DNA from: a virus
Lineage: Duplodnaviria; Heunggongvirae; Uroviricota; Caudoviricetes
Reading direction: 5' to 3' (one strand)
Length of the DNA: 43,481 nt
Virus record (IMG/VR): IMGVR_UViG_2711768000_000011
Within the stretch, counting starts at the first letter, position 1. The number at the start of each line of letters is the position of its first letter. Positions 27,742 through 38,252 of the stretch are shown here, piece after piece. The translations under genes were made by a program, and so were the position numbers. Under the pieces are notes generated by a model that saw nothing but the letters and a program-made list of their open reading frames with translations, was not told the origin of the DNA and searched no databases.

Positions 27742-28837
27742 ACGGCTGCGTGATGAATCAATTGCTCATGCAGTCTGGATATCCCGCTATAGCACTGGCG
27801 TGGCTGCCAGAATGGTGAAAATACTGAATGACAGCGATGCGGAACTTACTGCTCGCCTGCTGATAGCACTGGACAGCCTCGATCCAGGTAGTTTTACCGT
27901 TAAGCGCCTGGAGTCACTTCTGGCGAGCGTCAGAGAGGTTAACCGCACTGCTATTAACAGCATGTTTACCAGTCTCTCCGGAGAGCTGAACGAGCTGGCA
28001 ATTTATGAGGCTGGTTATCAGTTAAGTCTGTTTGATTCTATGCTACCTGATTTTGTTGCTGATGTTCACCCTCTGGTTGGTATCTCTCCTGATGCACTTT
28101 ATGCCGCTGCAATGGCGCGACCATTCCAGGGACGACTGCTCAGTGAGTGGGCCTCAGATCTTGAGGCGGATCGGCTCAGACGCATAACAAATACAGTGCG
28201 TCAGGGTTTTTTGCTGGGGGATACCAATGAGCAGATCGCAAGAAAAATTCGGGGACATGTCAGTAAGGGATTTCAGGATGGTGCATTGCAGATGAGCCGG
28301 GCTAATGCGGCCAGCATTGCAAAAACAGCGGTTGGACATCTTGCTGCTACTGCCCGTGAGAGTTTTGCCAGCGCGAATAATGATTTGATTAAGGGTAAGC
28401 AATGGTTATCAACGCTTGATAATCGTACTACGCCACAATGTCGAATCAGGGATCGCCTCAAATATACGCTGAATAATAAACCTGTAGGTCACAGCGTGCC
28501 TTATTTGCAGGGGCCGGGAAAAATTCATTTCTGCTGCCGCTCAACGGAAACGTTCATTCTGAAATCAGCGAAGGAACTGGGTATTGATGTTCGCGATATT
28601 TCCCCGGCTGAGCGGGCCAGCATGGATGGCGTGGTGGCCGGAGATACAACCTACAGGGAATGGTTTTTGCGTCAGCCTTACACCAGACAAAAACAGATTG
28701 TGGGGGAAAGCCGAGCAAAGCTGATTCGGGATGGTGGTATGTCGCCAGATGAATTTTACACCGATAAAGGCGAATGGCTGACGCTGAAGCAGCTCCGTGA
28801 GCGTGATGCACAGGTATTCAGAAAAGCAGGGATTTAA
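27722..28837 (+). CDS. Head morphogenesis / minor capsid protein (Mu F / SPP1 gp7-like), 371 aa
   Basis: Follows the portal gene with overlapping start. Family call is from the typical gene order and recalled motifs. Confidence 0.55.
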   Translation: MMQTVNERLRDESIAHAVWISRYSTGVAARMVKILNDSDAELTARLLIALDSLDPGSFTVKRLESLLASVREVNRTAINSMFTSLSGELNELAIYEAGYQLSLFDSMLPDFVADVHPLVGISPDALYAAAMARPFQGRLLSEWASDLEADRLRRITNTVRQGFLLGDTNEQIARKIRGHVSKGFQDGALQMSRANAASIAKTAVGHLAATARESFASANNDLIKGKQWLSTLDNRTTPQCRIRDRLKYTLNNKPVGHSVPYLQGPGKIHFCCRSTETFILKSAKELGIDVRDISPAERASMDGVVAGDTTYREWFLRQPYTRQKQIVGESRAKLIRDGGMSPDEFYTDKGEWLTLKQLRERDAQVFRKAGI

Positions 28838-28856
28838 ATAAATCATTTATTACAAC

Positions 28857-28882
28857 AGGCTACCTTCGGGTGGCCTTTTTTA
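28857..28882 (+). terminator. Rho-independent terminator (AGGCUACC-UUCG-GGUGGCCU + UUUUUU)
   Basis: 8-bp stem including one G-U pair, a UUCG tetraloop and a T-run, 20 nt after the head morphogenesis gene stop. Confidence 0.7.
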
Positions 28883-28941
28883 TTGCTGCGATCCGGATGG
28901 TGAGCAGCGTAACTGTCGGAAGACTTAAACCAGGTACTAAT

Positions 28942-29706
28942 ATGAAACTGAAAACGGTCGAGATTAACGGAAAACAATACGCAGAAATTGATACTGCTGG
29001 CCTGCCAGTTTATGTGCACGACGATGGTAAAGAAATTGGCTTCGATGCACCGCTGGCGACAAAAAAAATTACAGAGCTTAATGGCGAGGCAAAAAATCAT
29101 CGCCTGGCTAAAGAAGCTGCAGAGGAAAAACTGGCTAAGTTTGCCGCTATCGAAGACCCGAAGAAGGCGATCGAGGCACTGGAAATGCTGTCAAAAATCG
29201 ACCAGAAAAAGCTGCTCGATGCGGGACAGGTTGACCAGGTTAAGGCAGAAATTACGAAAAATTTTCAGCAGCAATTAGATGAAGAAAAGCAACGCTCTCA
29301 GATGCTGGAGAAGCAGCTTTACGATTCTATGATTGGCGGTAGTTTTGCGGGTTCAAAATATATTGCCGATAAAATTGCGATCCCGGCAGATTTATTACAA
29401 GCCCGCTTCGGGCAGGCATTCAAAGTGGAAGAAGGGAGGATCGTTGCTTATGACGCTTCCGGCAACAAAATTTATTCCCGCGCGAAGCCTGGCGAACTGG
29501 CGCAGTTTGATGAGGCGCTGGAGTTCCTTGTCGAAAATTACCCTCAGAAAGACTACATCCTGAAAGCCAGTGGCAACAATGGCGGCGGCTCCCGTCCGAC
29601 ACAGCATGATATTGGTCAGAAAACGATGAAACGCTCTGCTTTTGATGCACTGGATGTTGCAGGTAAGCAAAACGCATTGAAAGACGGTATCACAATCGTT
29701 GATTAA
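28942..29706 (+). CDS. Putative scaffolding protein, about 254 aa
   Basis: Coiled-coil-rich (KKAIEALEMLSKIDQKKLLDAGQVDQVKAEITK...) and immediately upstream of the major capsid gene. Start uncertain; the track start 28870 lies inside the terminator. Confidence 0.5.
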   Translation: MKLKTVEINGKQYAEIDTAGLPVYVHDDGKEIGFDAPLATKKITELNGEAKNHRLAKEAAEEKLAKFAAIEDPKKAIEALEMLSKIDQKKLLDAGQVDQVKAEITKNFQQQLDEEKQRSQMLEKQLYDSMIGGSFAGSKYIADKIAIPADLLQARFGQAFKVEEGRIVAYDASGNKIYSRAKPGELAQFDEALEFLVENYPQKDYILKASGNNGGGSRPTQHDIGQKTMKRSAFDALDVAGKQNALKDGITIVD

Positions 29707-29804
29707 CACATTTGTCAGCTTCCGGATGGGAGCTGGTGTCAGGGCTGGATAGCTCATTACTCCATCTATTCACAATTACGCAAATTTTTAAGGAATATTT
29801 AATT

Positions 29805-30944
29805 ATGGCTGGAAATACCCTGACCGGGTTGATCCCGACTATTTATACCGCCCTGGATGTTGTATCCCGTGAGCAGGTAGGTTTTATCCCTGCGGTAGCA
29901 AAAAACGCAAAAGCTGACGCCGCAGCAAAAGATCAGACGGTAACCGCGCCAGTTGCGCCTGAGGCGAAAACCGAAGATATCGTACCGGGGCCGTCAGCTC
30001 CGAATACCGGTGATCAAAATATTGGCACTGTTGATGTAAAAATTACTAAATCCAAAATGGCACCGGTTAAATGGAATGGTGAAGAACAACTGGCTCTTGG
30101 CCCTTCAGGGACTTACAACACCATTCTGGCTGATCAGTTCAAGCAGGCTTTTCGCGCCCTTGCAAACGAGGTTGAGGCTGATCTTGGTGCGTTGTATTTC
30201 GGTGCTTCCCGCGCCGTGGGAACCGCAGGGACAACGCCGTTTGGTGTTAAAGATGATCTTTCTGATGCTGCTCTGGCTCGTCAGGTTCTGGAGGATAACG
30301 GCGCACCGACAACCGATCTGCAGATGGTGCTTGGCTCCACTGCCATTGCTAATTTGCGCGGAAAACAGTCTGTATTGTTTAAAGTGAATGAATCCGGCAC
30401 TGAACAGCTACTGCGTGAGGGCGTGTTGGGGCGTCTGGAGGGATTCAATATTCACAGTTCGGCAGGTGTGAAACGAGCGCCAAAGGTTGCTGCAACTGGT
30501 TATCTCGTGAATGGAGAGAAAAAAGAAGGCGATGTTCTTATTTCCATTGATACTGGTTCGGGGAGTATTTCTGCAGGTCAGATTGTTACGTTCGCTGGTG
30601 ATCCGAATCAGTATGTTGTGGCAGCAGCGACCAGCAATCTGATTACTCTTGCAGCGCCCGGACTGCGTCAGGATCTGGCCGATGATACTGCCATCACAGT
30701 TGTTGGGGCCTTTACTGCAAATATGGCGTTTGATCGCAACGCGTTTCTGCTGGCATCCCGTACTCCGGCAATGCCGGAAGGTGGCGATAATGCTGATGAT
30801 GTAATGAATGTTACGGACCCGATTTCAGGGATTACGTTCCAGATTGCACTGTATCGTCAGTATCGCCAGGTGCGCTATGAAGTTGGACTGGCATGGGGTG
30901 TTTCATCAGTGAAGCCGGCACATGGTTGTCTGATTCTTGGTTAA
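29805..30944 (+). CDS. Major capsid protein, about 379 aa
   Basis: ATG 29805 with AAGGAAT SD. Followed by a strong terminator. Position after the scaffold gene. Confidence 0.7.
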   Translation: MAGNTLTGLIPTIYTALDVVSREQVGFIPAVAKNAKADAAAKDQTVTAPVAPEAKTEDIVPGPSAPNTGDQNIGTVDVKITKSKMAPVKWNGEEQLALGPSGTYNTILADQFKQAFRALANEVEADLGALYFGASRAVGTAGTTPFGVKDDLSDAALARQVLEDNGAPTTDLQMVLGSTAIANLRGKQSVLFKVNESGTEQLLREGVLGRLEGFNIHSSAGVKRAPKVAATGYLVNGEKKEGDVLISIDTGSGSISAGQIVTFAGDPNQYVVAAATSNLITLAAPGLRQDLADDTAITVVGAFTANMAFDRNAFLLASRTPAMPEGGDNADDVMNVTDPISGITFQIALYRQYRQVRYEVGLAWGVSSVKPAHGCLILG

Positions 30945-30954
30945 ACATTCAAAC

Positions 30955-30975
30955 GGGGCTTCGGCCCCATTTTTA
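30955..30975 (+). terminator. Rho-independent terminator (GGGGC-UUCG-GCCCC + AUUUUUA)
   Basis: Perfect 5-bp GC stem with UUCG loop and T-run, 10 nt after the capsid gene stop. Confidence 0.8.
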
Positions 30976-30986
30976 ATGGGGGGCAT

Positions 30987-31163
30987 ATGGCCGGATTAAC
31001 TAAAGAGCAAAGAGCACAGCGTGAAGCCGCACAAAAAACGCAAATTGAGTTAGTGGTTATGGTGACCGATTATCAGATGTTTCCCGGCGCACCAACTATC
31101 GCTAATGTTCATCCTGATGAAGTTGACAACTGGAAGGCTATGGGCTGGAAAACTCAGGAGTAA
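30987..31163 (+). CDS. Small hypothetical protein, 58 aa (MAGLTKEQRAQREAAQKTQIELVVMV...)
   Basis: Hand-translated ORF between the capsid terminator and the head-tail genes. Under the track's 60-aa cutoff. Confidence 0.4.
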   Translation: MAGLTKEQRAQREAAQKTQIELVVMVTDYQMFPGAPTIANVHPDEVDNWKAMGWKTQE

Positions 31164-31166
31164 CAC

Positions 31167-31562
31167 ATGATCACTTACGTGACCTGTGATGACGTTGATA
31201 ATGCGTTTGGGAACGCCTGGACGAGTGAGAACGCTAAAAATAAAGCTGTTTTAATGGCTAATGCCTGGCTTAATGGCTTCAACCTGAAAATTAACCCATC
31301 CCGTATTCCGGAAGAGGTAAAACTTGCGGGAGCATATGCAGCCAGAATTGCCTCATTCGGTAAGTTGTTTCAGCAGAAAAATGATTCTGGCGTTGTTATC
31401 AGTAAAGCCGTGTCGGCTGACGGGGTCAGTGTATCGAAATCATTTTCTGAGTTGCCAGCAAACAGCACTGCATTGCTTGAACCCGATTTACAGCTTGCGA
31501 TAGCACTGCTGAAACCGTACGGACTTAGTCGCTCACAAGTCAGGGTTGTGAGGGGGGGATAA
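31167..31562 (+). CDS. Head-tail connector / head completion protein, 131 aa
   Basis: AGGAG SD. Position in the head-tail joining block; start codons overlap stops through 32715. Confidence 0.55.
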   Translation: MITYVTCDDVDNAFGNAWTSENAKNKAVLMANAWLNGFNLKINPSRIPEEVKLAGAYAARIASFGKLFQQKNDSGVVISKAVSADGVSVSKSFSELPANSTALLEPDLQLAIALLKPYGLSRSQVRVVRGG

Positions 31563-31945
31563 TGGGGCTTCGTGAAGAGATTCAGTCAGAGGTTGCCGCT
31601 GCTTTTGATGAGGATTTAGCGGACGCCGTGAGTGATTTTTCTGGTTCTTACGTTACGCACCGGCACTGGGATCCTGTGACGGAAACTGGCGGCGAATCAA
31701 CCGCAATCTATACCGGGCGAGGCGTGTTGACACGTTATAAGCTGGGCAGAATTGATGGGATTAATATTTTGCATGGTGACCTTAAATTAACCGCTCTGGT
31801 ATGCGAGGTTACGGATAAACCAGCTGTCGACCATATTATTGAGATTTATGATCCTGTATCAAGGCAGTTACAACGATACGAGGTAATTACAGCAAGTGTA
31901 GATCCTTCCGCATCAGTTTACTCTATCCAGTTAAGGAGAGCGTAA
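31562..31945 (+). CDS. Head-tail adaptor / head closure protein, 127 aa
   Basis: Translationally coupled (ATGA-type overlap). Assignment by position. Confidence 0.5.
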   Translation: MGLREEIQSEVAAAFDEDLADAVSDFSGSYVTHRHWDPVTETGGESTAIYTGRGVLTRYKLGRIDGINILHGDLKLTALVCEVTDKPAVDHIIEIYDPVSRQLQRYEVITASVDPSASVYSIQLRRA

Positions 31946-32326
31946 ATGGCAAAGGCATGGGATATAGAACCGTCAATATTTGCCGGGATGATTGAGGAAG
32001 ATGTAGGGCTGAAGATTCGCTACATCGCTATGCAGATTCTTACTGCTATTGATATTGCTGCTCCGGTTGATACCGGACGTTTCAGAAATAACAACCTGGT
32101 GTCGTTACAGCATCCCGATTTTGGTATATCTGATAACGTGGATCCGAACGGTACGATTGCTGTTCAGCGTGGGATCGGGGTTATTTCGAAAGCTGCAAAT
32201 TACGGGGTTATTTATATCCAGAATAACCTTCCTTATGCAGAGGCTCTTGAAAACGGTCATTCACAACAAGCGCCAACTGGCGTGTATGCCAACGCTTTTC
32301 ATGGTGTTTTACAGGCTTACAAATGA
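31946..32326 (+). CDS. Tail completion protein (HK97 gp10-like), 126 aa
   Basis: Position and size; recalled gp10-family features. Confidence 0.5.
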   Translation: MAKAWDIEPSIFAGMIEEDVGLKIRYIAMQILTAIDIAAPVDTGRFRNNNLVSLQHPDFGISDNVDPNGTIAVQRGIGVISKAANYGVIYIQNNLPYAEALENGHSQQAPTGVYANAFHGVLQAYK

Positions 32327-32715
32327 AGTTTACTGAAATCAGAAATACGGTTATTTCCAGAATGACGGCACAGACGATTATTGATGGAAAAGACGTATTG
32401 TATCCGAACGGGCCAACGTTCGATCCTTCCGGTAAGTTAATCTGGGCGCGGTTAAGTAATATTCCCGGGCAGGCTGGAGTTAATGAAATTGGCGCGGGGC
32501 CGGTTGTTTATCGCACGGGGATAATCATTATTCAGTTATTTGTCCCCGCAGGTTCTGGTTCAAAACTCATTACTGAGACAGCCGATAAATTGCGGGAACT
32601 GTTTGAGTTTCAGGATGACGATCGTCTCAGTTACCAGGCTGTTTCCTCAATAGCCGTTGGCGAAAAGAATGGCTGGTTCCAGCTTAATCTTCAAATTCCA
32701 TATCGCGCGCTCTAG
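32323..32715 (+). CDS. Tail terminator-like protein, 130 aa
   Basis: Last small gene before the major tail protein; overlapping start. Confidence 0.5.
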   Translation: MKFTEIRNTVISRMTAQTIIDGKDVLYPNGPTFDPSGKLIWARLSNIPGQAGVNEIGAGPVVYRTGIIIIQLFVPAGSGSKLITETADKLRELFEFQDDDRLSYQAVSSIAVGEKNGWFQLNLQIPYRAL

Positions 32716-32741
32716 CGCAATTAATGACATAGGAGGCTCCT

Positions 32742-33704
32742 GTGAGTTCAGGTGCAAAGGTTATCTCGGCATTTATCCGGGAGACGGTTGCAGGCACTAC
32801 GCCAGCAAGTGGTGACTGGAGTTTATTAAAACGCACAAGCTGGGGAGTAAAACCCACCCAGAATAAAGGCGAAAATAATGAGATTGGTGGCTCCCGGATG
32901 GCTCAGGGGGCGACGCCTGGCACTGTGGATGTCGGCGGTGATGTTGGTACCAAATTTCGCTGGGGTCAACATGATGATTTTCTTGCATCCTGTTTCGGCG
33001 CGGAATGGTCAGGCGATTCTCTGACAATGGGGAATGAGCGAATAACATTTTCTCTGGCGACCTATGCGTCCGATGTCGGAATTGCCTCTGTCGTCAGAGG
33101 AGCGCAGGTTGGCTCATGGAAAATGCAGATCCCTAACGACGGCGATATTACAGCGACCGTAACCTTTGCCGGACTGGACTGGGAATCAAAGGCCGATGAT
33201 ACGAATTTTATCAAAGGCGAACCTGTGGATAGTGCAGGAAAGCTACGTTATTCGTTTAAGGAGGTTTCAGCAGTAAGCCTGAATGGTGTTGCCGGAGGTA
33301 ACGGTTTTTGTATCGACAGTTTTGATATTCAGTTCGATAACAAACTCCAGACACAGCGTTGTATCGGGACTGGCTCGCCTTATGCAGGAGCAAATATTCC
33401 GACTACTTTTACACCGTCCGGTACGGTGACGCTTTCATGGTCTAAAGCCGCGTGGGAAATCTGGAGTAAAACACTGACTGGAGAAACAGTTCCGTTCAGC
33501 TTCACGCTTTCGAATGGAGAGGGGGCATACACTTTCAGTTTCCCGAAGGTTCAGGTGTCAGGTGAATGGCCTGATGGGGGTAATAGCGACATTATCCAGG
33601 TTCAATTGAGCATTACCGCAGCAGATGAAGCACCTACGATAACCAGAAAAAAAAATTCCCCGGCTGCCGTGATCGCAAAAGCCAGTGCTGAGGCGATTAG
33701 TTGA
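32742..33704 (+). CDS. Major tail (tube) protein, 320 aa
   Basis: Gly/Thr/Ser-rich protein directly upstream of the G/GT chaperone pair and tape measure gene. Confidence 0.65.
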   Translation: MSSGAKVISAFIRETVAGTTPASGDWSLLKRTSWGVKPTQNKGENNEIGGSRMAQGATPGTVDVGGDVGTKFRWGQHDDFLASCFGAEWSGDSLTMGNERITFSLATYASDVGIASVVRGAQVGSWKMQIPNDGDITATVTFAGLDWESKADDTNFIKGEPVDSAGKLRYSFKEVSAVSLNGVAGGNGFCIDSFDIQFDNKLQTQRCIGTGSPYAGANIPTTFTPSGTVTLSWSKAAWEIWSKTLTGETVPFSFTLSNGEGAYTFSFPKVQVSGEWPDGGNSDIIQVQLSITAADEAPTITRKKNSPAAVIAKASAEAIS

Positions 33705-33752
33705 TTTTCCGTTATTCCTCCTGTGGTACTGCCCTACAGGGGGACGCATTGA

Positions 33753-34214
33753 ATGAGGTTATGGATGTTTATTCTTAATCAGAAAATTATCATTGGTGGA
33801 GAACGCTGGTTTACGCCAATGAAGGACTTAAAACCTGTAGACGGGTTAAAACTGTTGGTGGCAAGCAGCGATAACGATCAGTATCGCTCCCGTAATGCAT
33901 TAATCCGTCGCCACATTGAGAAAATGGATGCCAGTTTGCACGTCGGAACGAAGGAGTTTGATATTTCAAAGGTTTCCGAGGTGGATTCTGTTGATGATTT
34001 ACTCATTGATAATGCCGCTCGTTATCTGCTGAAAGACTGGAAAGGGGTTGGTGAACTGGTTAATGGTGTTGAGGTTGCACTGGAATATACGGCAGAACGA
34101 GGGATCGCGCTGCTTAAGCAGAATCCAGAGTTGTACTGGCAGATCCTTGCAGAAGCAGCCAGCATCGCCCAGGGTAAAGAGCAGCAGAAGCAGGATACGA
34201 TAAAAAAGCCATAG
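33753..34214 (+). CDS. Tail assembly chaperone G-like, 153 aa
   Basis: Acidic small protein upstream of the tape measure gene. Contains the slippery heptamer A_AAA_AAG 4 nt before its stop. Confidence 0.7.
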   Translation: MRLWMFILNQKIIIGGERWFTPMKDLKPVDGLKLLVASSDNDQYRSRNALIRRHIEKMDASLHVGTKEFDISKVSEVDSVDDLLIDNAARYLLKDWKGVGELVNGVEVALEYTAERGIALLKQNPELYWQILAEAASIAQGKEQQKQDTIKKP

Positions 34215-34522
34215 CTGCCCAGCGGTGGTTATCGGAGTTCGGGGGAGAAAGGGGGGAAAAGGCAAGATGGAAGCGAGAAAAACTCAGGTTGCCACCGATA
34301 CCGGAACCAGAAATAGACCCGGTGCTTAAGGAGTTGTTGTACGCCTATTCGGTAATATCCCGTGCCCGACGTTATGCTGGAATGGCTGGGGTGCCTTTGC
34401 CTTTATCTCTGACAGAGATAAATGAATATTTAGCCACTCATCCGGTATTGATTGAGCGCGATGAATTTGAAGCAGTGATCTTTGCACTGGATGACCAGTA
34501 TTTTCAGGAGCAGTGTGTGTAG
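33753..34522 (+). CDS. G-T fusion chaperone produced by programmed -1 frameshift, about 256 aa
   Basis: The -1 frame is open from 34178 to stop 34520-34522 and overlaps the G frame exactly at the heptamer A_AAA_AAG (34202-34208). The track lists the distal part as a TTG-initiated 77-aa ORF. Confidence 0.6.
34202..34208 (+). promoter_or_regulatory. Slippery heptamer A_AAA_AAG (programmed -1 ribosomal frameshift site)
   Basis: Heptamer in the X_XXY_YYZ register of the G frame, the same sequence as the dnaX frameshift site. Confidence 0.6.
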
Positions 34523-34642
34523 TTGTTAATTACGTACACTCTGTTACAGAGATGTGATGGTGTCTTTAATTAAATCGATGATGCTCCTGGAGAAAAGCAT
34601 TGCGTGGCCTCGTAATCGCTATATCTACTATTATGTCGCCTG

Positions 34643-34668
34643 AAACCCACTTCGCGGTGGGTTTTTTG
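34643..34668 (+). terminator. Terminator/attenuator hairpin (CCCAC-uucgcg-GUGGG + UUUUUUG) upstream of the tape measure gene
   Basis: 5-bp stem and T-run 20 nt before ATG 34688. Confidence 0.5.
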
Positions 34669-34687
34669 TTGTCAGGAGTTTTAATAA

Positions 34688-37600
34688 ATGGCAGAGCAAA
34701 CCTCGCGTCTCGCAATAATTATTGATAGCACTGGAGCGAAAAATAATGCTGACAATCTGACCTCCTCATTAGTCAAAATGACGCAGGCTGGGGAAACTGC
34801 TGCAAATAGCGCAGGGAAAGTGACTAAGGCAACAGAAGATGAGAAGAACGCGCTCGCAAAATTAAAAGCAGCTATTGATCCAGTTGGTGCCGCAATTGAT
34901 ACTGTCGGTCGACGCTATTCTGAATTAAAGAAATTTTTCGATAAAGGGCTTATTGATAAAGAAGAATATGAATTTCTTGTCCGTAAACTTAATGAAACCA
35001 CAGAGGAATTGAGCGGGGTTGCGCAAGCGCAGAGAGAAGCCGAGAAGGCCGGAAAACTTGCTGCCGCCCAGCAGGAAGCGCAGGCTCAGGCCTTTCAAAG
35101 AATGCTGGACAAGATCGACCCTCTGGCTGCGGCGCTAAGAAATCTTGAACAACAGCATGATGAACTTAATGCTGCGTTTGCATCCGGGAAAATAAATGGT
35201 TCTCAGTTTGAGAATTATAGCCGAAAAATACAGGAAACACGGCGAGAGCTTACCGGAGAGGCTCAGGCAGAGCGAGAAGCAGCAAAAGCGCATGATGAAC
35301 AGGTTGTTGCTTTGCAACGTCTGATTGCTCAACTTGATCCTGTCGGAACTGCTTTTAATCGTCTGGTAGAACAACAGAAACAGCTCAATGAAGCAAAAGC
35401 TAAGGGGATGCTTTCTCCTGAAATGTATGAGGAGCTTTCTGGAAAACTTCGTGCTATGCGGAGTGAGCTTGAGGTTACTCAATCACAATTAAGCAAAACC
35501 GGAATGTCGGCAAAACAAACGGCTTTTGCTATGCGCATGTTGCCTGTACAAATGACGGATATTGTTGTTGGGTTGTCCACTGGTCAGTCGCCATTTATGG
35601 TGTTAATGCAGCAGGGCGGCCAGCTAAAAGATATGTTCGGTGGGATTGGCCCGGCGATCAAAGGTGTAGGTTCTTATGTGCTGGGATTAATTAATCCTTT
35701 TACCCTGGCCGCAGCAGCCGTTGGGGTCTTAGGACTGGCTTACTATAAAGGCTCTCAGGAGCAGGACGAATTTAATAAATCTCTTATTCTTACCGGAAAT
35801 CAGTTGGGGACAACCAGCGGGCAATTGGGCGATATAGCTCAACGTGCCGGGAATGCGGCTGATTCGACAACTGGTGCTGCGGCGGCAGTATTAAATCAGC
35901 TTGTGCGTTCGGGAAAGGTAGCGAGCAGTTCGCTGGAGCAAGTGACGACAGCGATAGTAAAAACGAGCGAAGTAACAGGAATATCAACCGAACAACTGGT
36001 TAATGACTTCAATGAAATTGCAAAGGATCCTGTCAGTGCCATATCAAAACTTAATGATCAGTACCATTTTCTGACACTTGCGACTTATAACCAGATTAAG
36101 GCGCTACAGGATGAAGGGAACCAGCAGGAGGCCGCCCGCATTGCGACAGAAGAATACTCATCCTCAATGATCCAGCGCACCAACCAGATTAAAGAAAATC
36201 TTGGTTATCTTGAGACTGCATGGAAAGCTGTCGCAGACTCCGCAAAATGGGCATGGGATTCCATGCTGGATATTGGCCGTGAGGCCTCCCTTGATCAAAA
36301 AATCTCAGATGTTCTCCGTCAAATTGATGAAATAGAAAAAAATACCCGACCCGGAGTTTTCGGGTTAGGTGGCATTGGAGATGGCGGAGCTCAAAATAAA
36401 AGGCTGGCACGATTAAAGCAGCAATTGGGCGTACTTCAAGCAGAAAAAATTGCTCAGGACGTACTAAATTCATCAATAAACGATTACAACAAGCGACAAC
36501 AGGAAGGAATTGAACTCAGACAGAGAGCAGATGCCTTTTCAAAACAATATCAGACCCGGGAGCAGCAGAGAGCTAGTGAACTTGCAAAACTGGAAAAGCT
36601 AAAGAATCAGTATTCAAAGGAAGAATATAATAATCTTATCGCTCAAATAAATGAGCGTTATAAAGATCCAAAGCAACCAAAGGCGAAAGGTTATTCTGAT
36701 GATGCAGCCCAACGAATGATTGATCATCTGAATCAACAGAATGCGTTACTAAGTTCACAAGCTGAGTTGACCGTTAAATTAAGTTCCTCTGAACAGGAAC
36801 TGGTTAAGTGGCGTCAGCGGATTGCCGACCTAGAGTCACGACCATCATCGAAATTAACCCAGGATCAGAAATCGCTTCTCTTACACCGGGAAGAAATAAC
36901 CACGTTGATGGAGAAAAATGTTGCGATTGAAAAAAATAACAGGCTAATCAAGGAATCCGCCGAAATAACAGCATGGCGTGATTCATTGCAGGCTTCGATT
37001 GATAATCGTCAGCAGGGGTATGATATTCAGATTGCTGGTTATGGGGTTGGCGATAAAAATCAGCAACGCCAGCAGGAATTACTGCGGATTGAACATGGAT
37101 ATAACAATCAGCGTCTGCAACTTGAACGTGACTATGCAGATAAATCCCGTGGAATGTCAGATCATGTTTTTCAAGAGAAAATGCAGGCTCTGAATGATGC
37201 TCTGGAACGGGAAAAAGAAATTGTCAGACAGAAAAACGAGCAGCTCGATATTCAGGCAGGAGACTGGGTTAGTGGTGCCTCCCAGGGATTCAATAACTGG
37301 CTGGATGACACTAAGGATATCAGTGAGCAGATAAAATCAACCACGACTCAGATGTTTGATGGGATGACCGATGCGCTGGGTGATTTTGTCACGACAGGCA
37401 AGGCAAATTTTCGTTCTTTCGCTACTTCCGTGATTTCGGATCTTAGTCGAATAGCATTAAAGGCTTCAATTACTGGGATTTTCGACAGCATTAGTAACAG
37501 TTCTTCTGGGGGGATTTTAGGAACTATCGGGAGTGCTATTAGTAAATTTATTCCGAATGCAAAGGGCGGTGTTTATGAGTCTCCGTCATTGAGCACGTAT

Positions 37601-37921
37601 TCGAACGGTATTTATGATTCCCCGCAATTTTTTGCTTTTGCAAAAGGGGCTGGTGTTTTTGGTGAGGCTGGACCGGAAGCCATTATGCCATTAACACGAA
37701 CTTCCGATGGTTCTCTTGGTGTCAGAGCTATTAATAGTAAAAGTGGTAATGGAGGCGGAGATATTACCTATGCCCCTGTATACCAAATCACTATTCAAAA
37801 TGACGGCCAGAATGGAGAGATTGGCCCTCAGGCAATAAAAGCACTTATGGGGATGGTTGATCAGCGGGTGCAGGGCAATCTGTTAAATATGCGACGTGAT
37901 GGGGGAATGTTAAGTGGCTAA
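34688..37921 (+). CDS. Tail tape measure protein, 1077 aa
   Basis: Very long, coiled-coil-rich ORF with Gly-rich C-terminal segments, located between GT and the M-L-K-I-J block. AGGAG SD. Confidence 0.9.
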   Translation: MAEQTSRLAIIIDSTGAKNNADNLTSSLVKMTQAGETAANSAGKVTKATEDEKNALAKLKAAIDPVGAAIDTVGRRYSELKKFFDKGLIDKEEYEFLVRKLNETTEELSGVAQAQREAEKAGKLAAAQQEAQAQAFQRMLDKIDPLAAALRNLEQQHDELNAAFASGKINGSQFENYSRKIQETRRELTGEAQAEREAAKAHDEQVVALQRLIAQLDPVGTAFNRLVEQQKQLNEAKAKGMLSPEMYEELSGKLRAMRSELEVTQSQLSKTGMSAKQTAFAMRMLPVQMTDIVVGLSTGQSPFMVLMQQGGQLKDMFGGIGPAIKGVGSYVLGLINPFTLAAAAVGVLGLAYYKGSQEQDEFNKSLILTGNQLGTTSGQLGDIAQRAGNAADSTTGAAAAVLNQLVRSGKVASSSLEQVTTAIVKTSEVTGISTEQLVNDFNEIAKDPVSAISKLNDQYHFLTLATYNQIKALQDEGNQQEAARIATEEYSSSMIQRTNQIKENLGYLETAWKAVADSAKWAWDSMLDIGREASLDQKISDVLRQIDEIEKNTRPGVFGLGGIGDGGAQNKRLARLKQQLGVLQAEKIAQDVLNSSINDYNKRQQEGIELRQRADAFSKQYQTREQQRASELAKLEKLKNQYSKEEYNNLIAQINERYKDPKQPKAKGYSDDAAQRMIDHLNQQNALLSSQAELTVKLSSSEQELVKWRQRIADLESRPSSKLTQDQKSLLLHREEITTLMEKNVAIEKNNRLIKESAEITAWRDSLQASIDNRQQGYDIQIAGYGVGDKNQQRQQELLRIEHGYNNQRLQLERDYADKSRGMSDHVFQEKMQALNDALEREKEIVRQKNEQLDIQAGDWVSGASQGFNNWLDDTKDISEQIKSTTTQMFDGMTDALGDFVTTGKANFRSFATSVISDLSRIALKASITGIFDSISNSSSGGILGTIGSAISKFIPNAKGGVYESPSLSTYSNGIYDSPQFFAFAKGAGVFGEAGPEAIMPLTRTSDGSLGVRAINSKSGNGGGDITYAPVYQITIQNDGQNGEIGPQAIKALMGMVDQRVQGNLLNMRRDGGMLSG

Positions 37922-38252
37922 TACGGAAGAATTTCACTGGTTACCAGAGGATGGAATGAAAACAGAAAATAAACCATCGATAAAAACTGTAAGATTTGGT
38001 GATGGTTATGAGCAACGAAGTCCAAATGGACTTAATCATTCTCTGCGCGTTTTCACCTGTGATTTCAAAGTTGAGGCGAATGAACGTGATTCATTTGAAA
38101 AATTTTTAGCCCGGCATGAAGGCTATAAATCTTTTTTTTGGCGCCCGCCGGGTATTAACAGAAAAATCAGAGTGGTGTGTCGAACGTGGTCAGCGACAGA
38201 ACATATCACCTATACCGATTTTTCGTGTCAGTTTGACGAAGTGGTGATCTGA
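37914..38252 (+). CDS. M: Minor tail protein M (lambda gpM-like), 112 aa
   Basis: Size, position and overlap with the tape measure stop and the L start. Confidence 0.8.
   Translation: MANTEEFHWLPEDGMKTENKPSIKTVRFGDGYEQRSPNGLNHSLRVFTCDFKVEANERDSFEKFLARHEGYKSFFWRPPGINRKIRVVCRTWSATEHITYTDFSCQFDEVVI

Noticed and set aside
35135-37193. Short ORFs on both strands inside the tape measure gene
   Set aside because: Embedded in or antisense to the 1077-aa tape measure frame.
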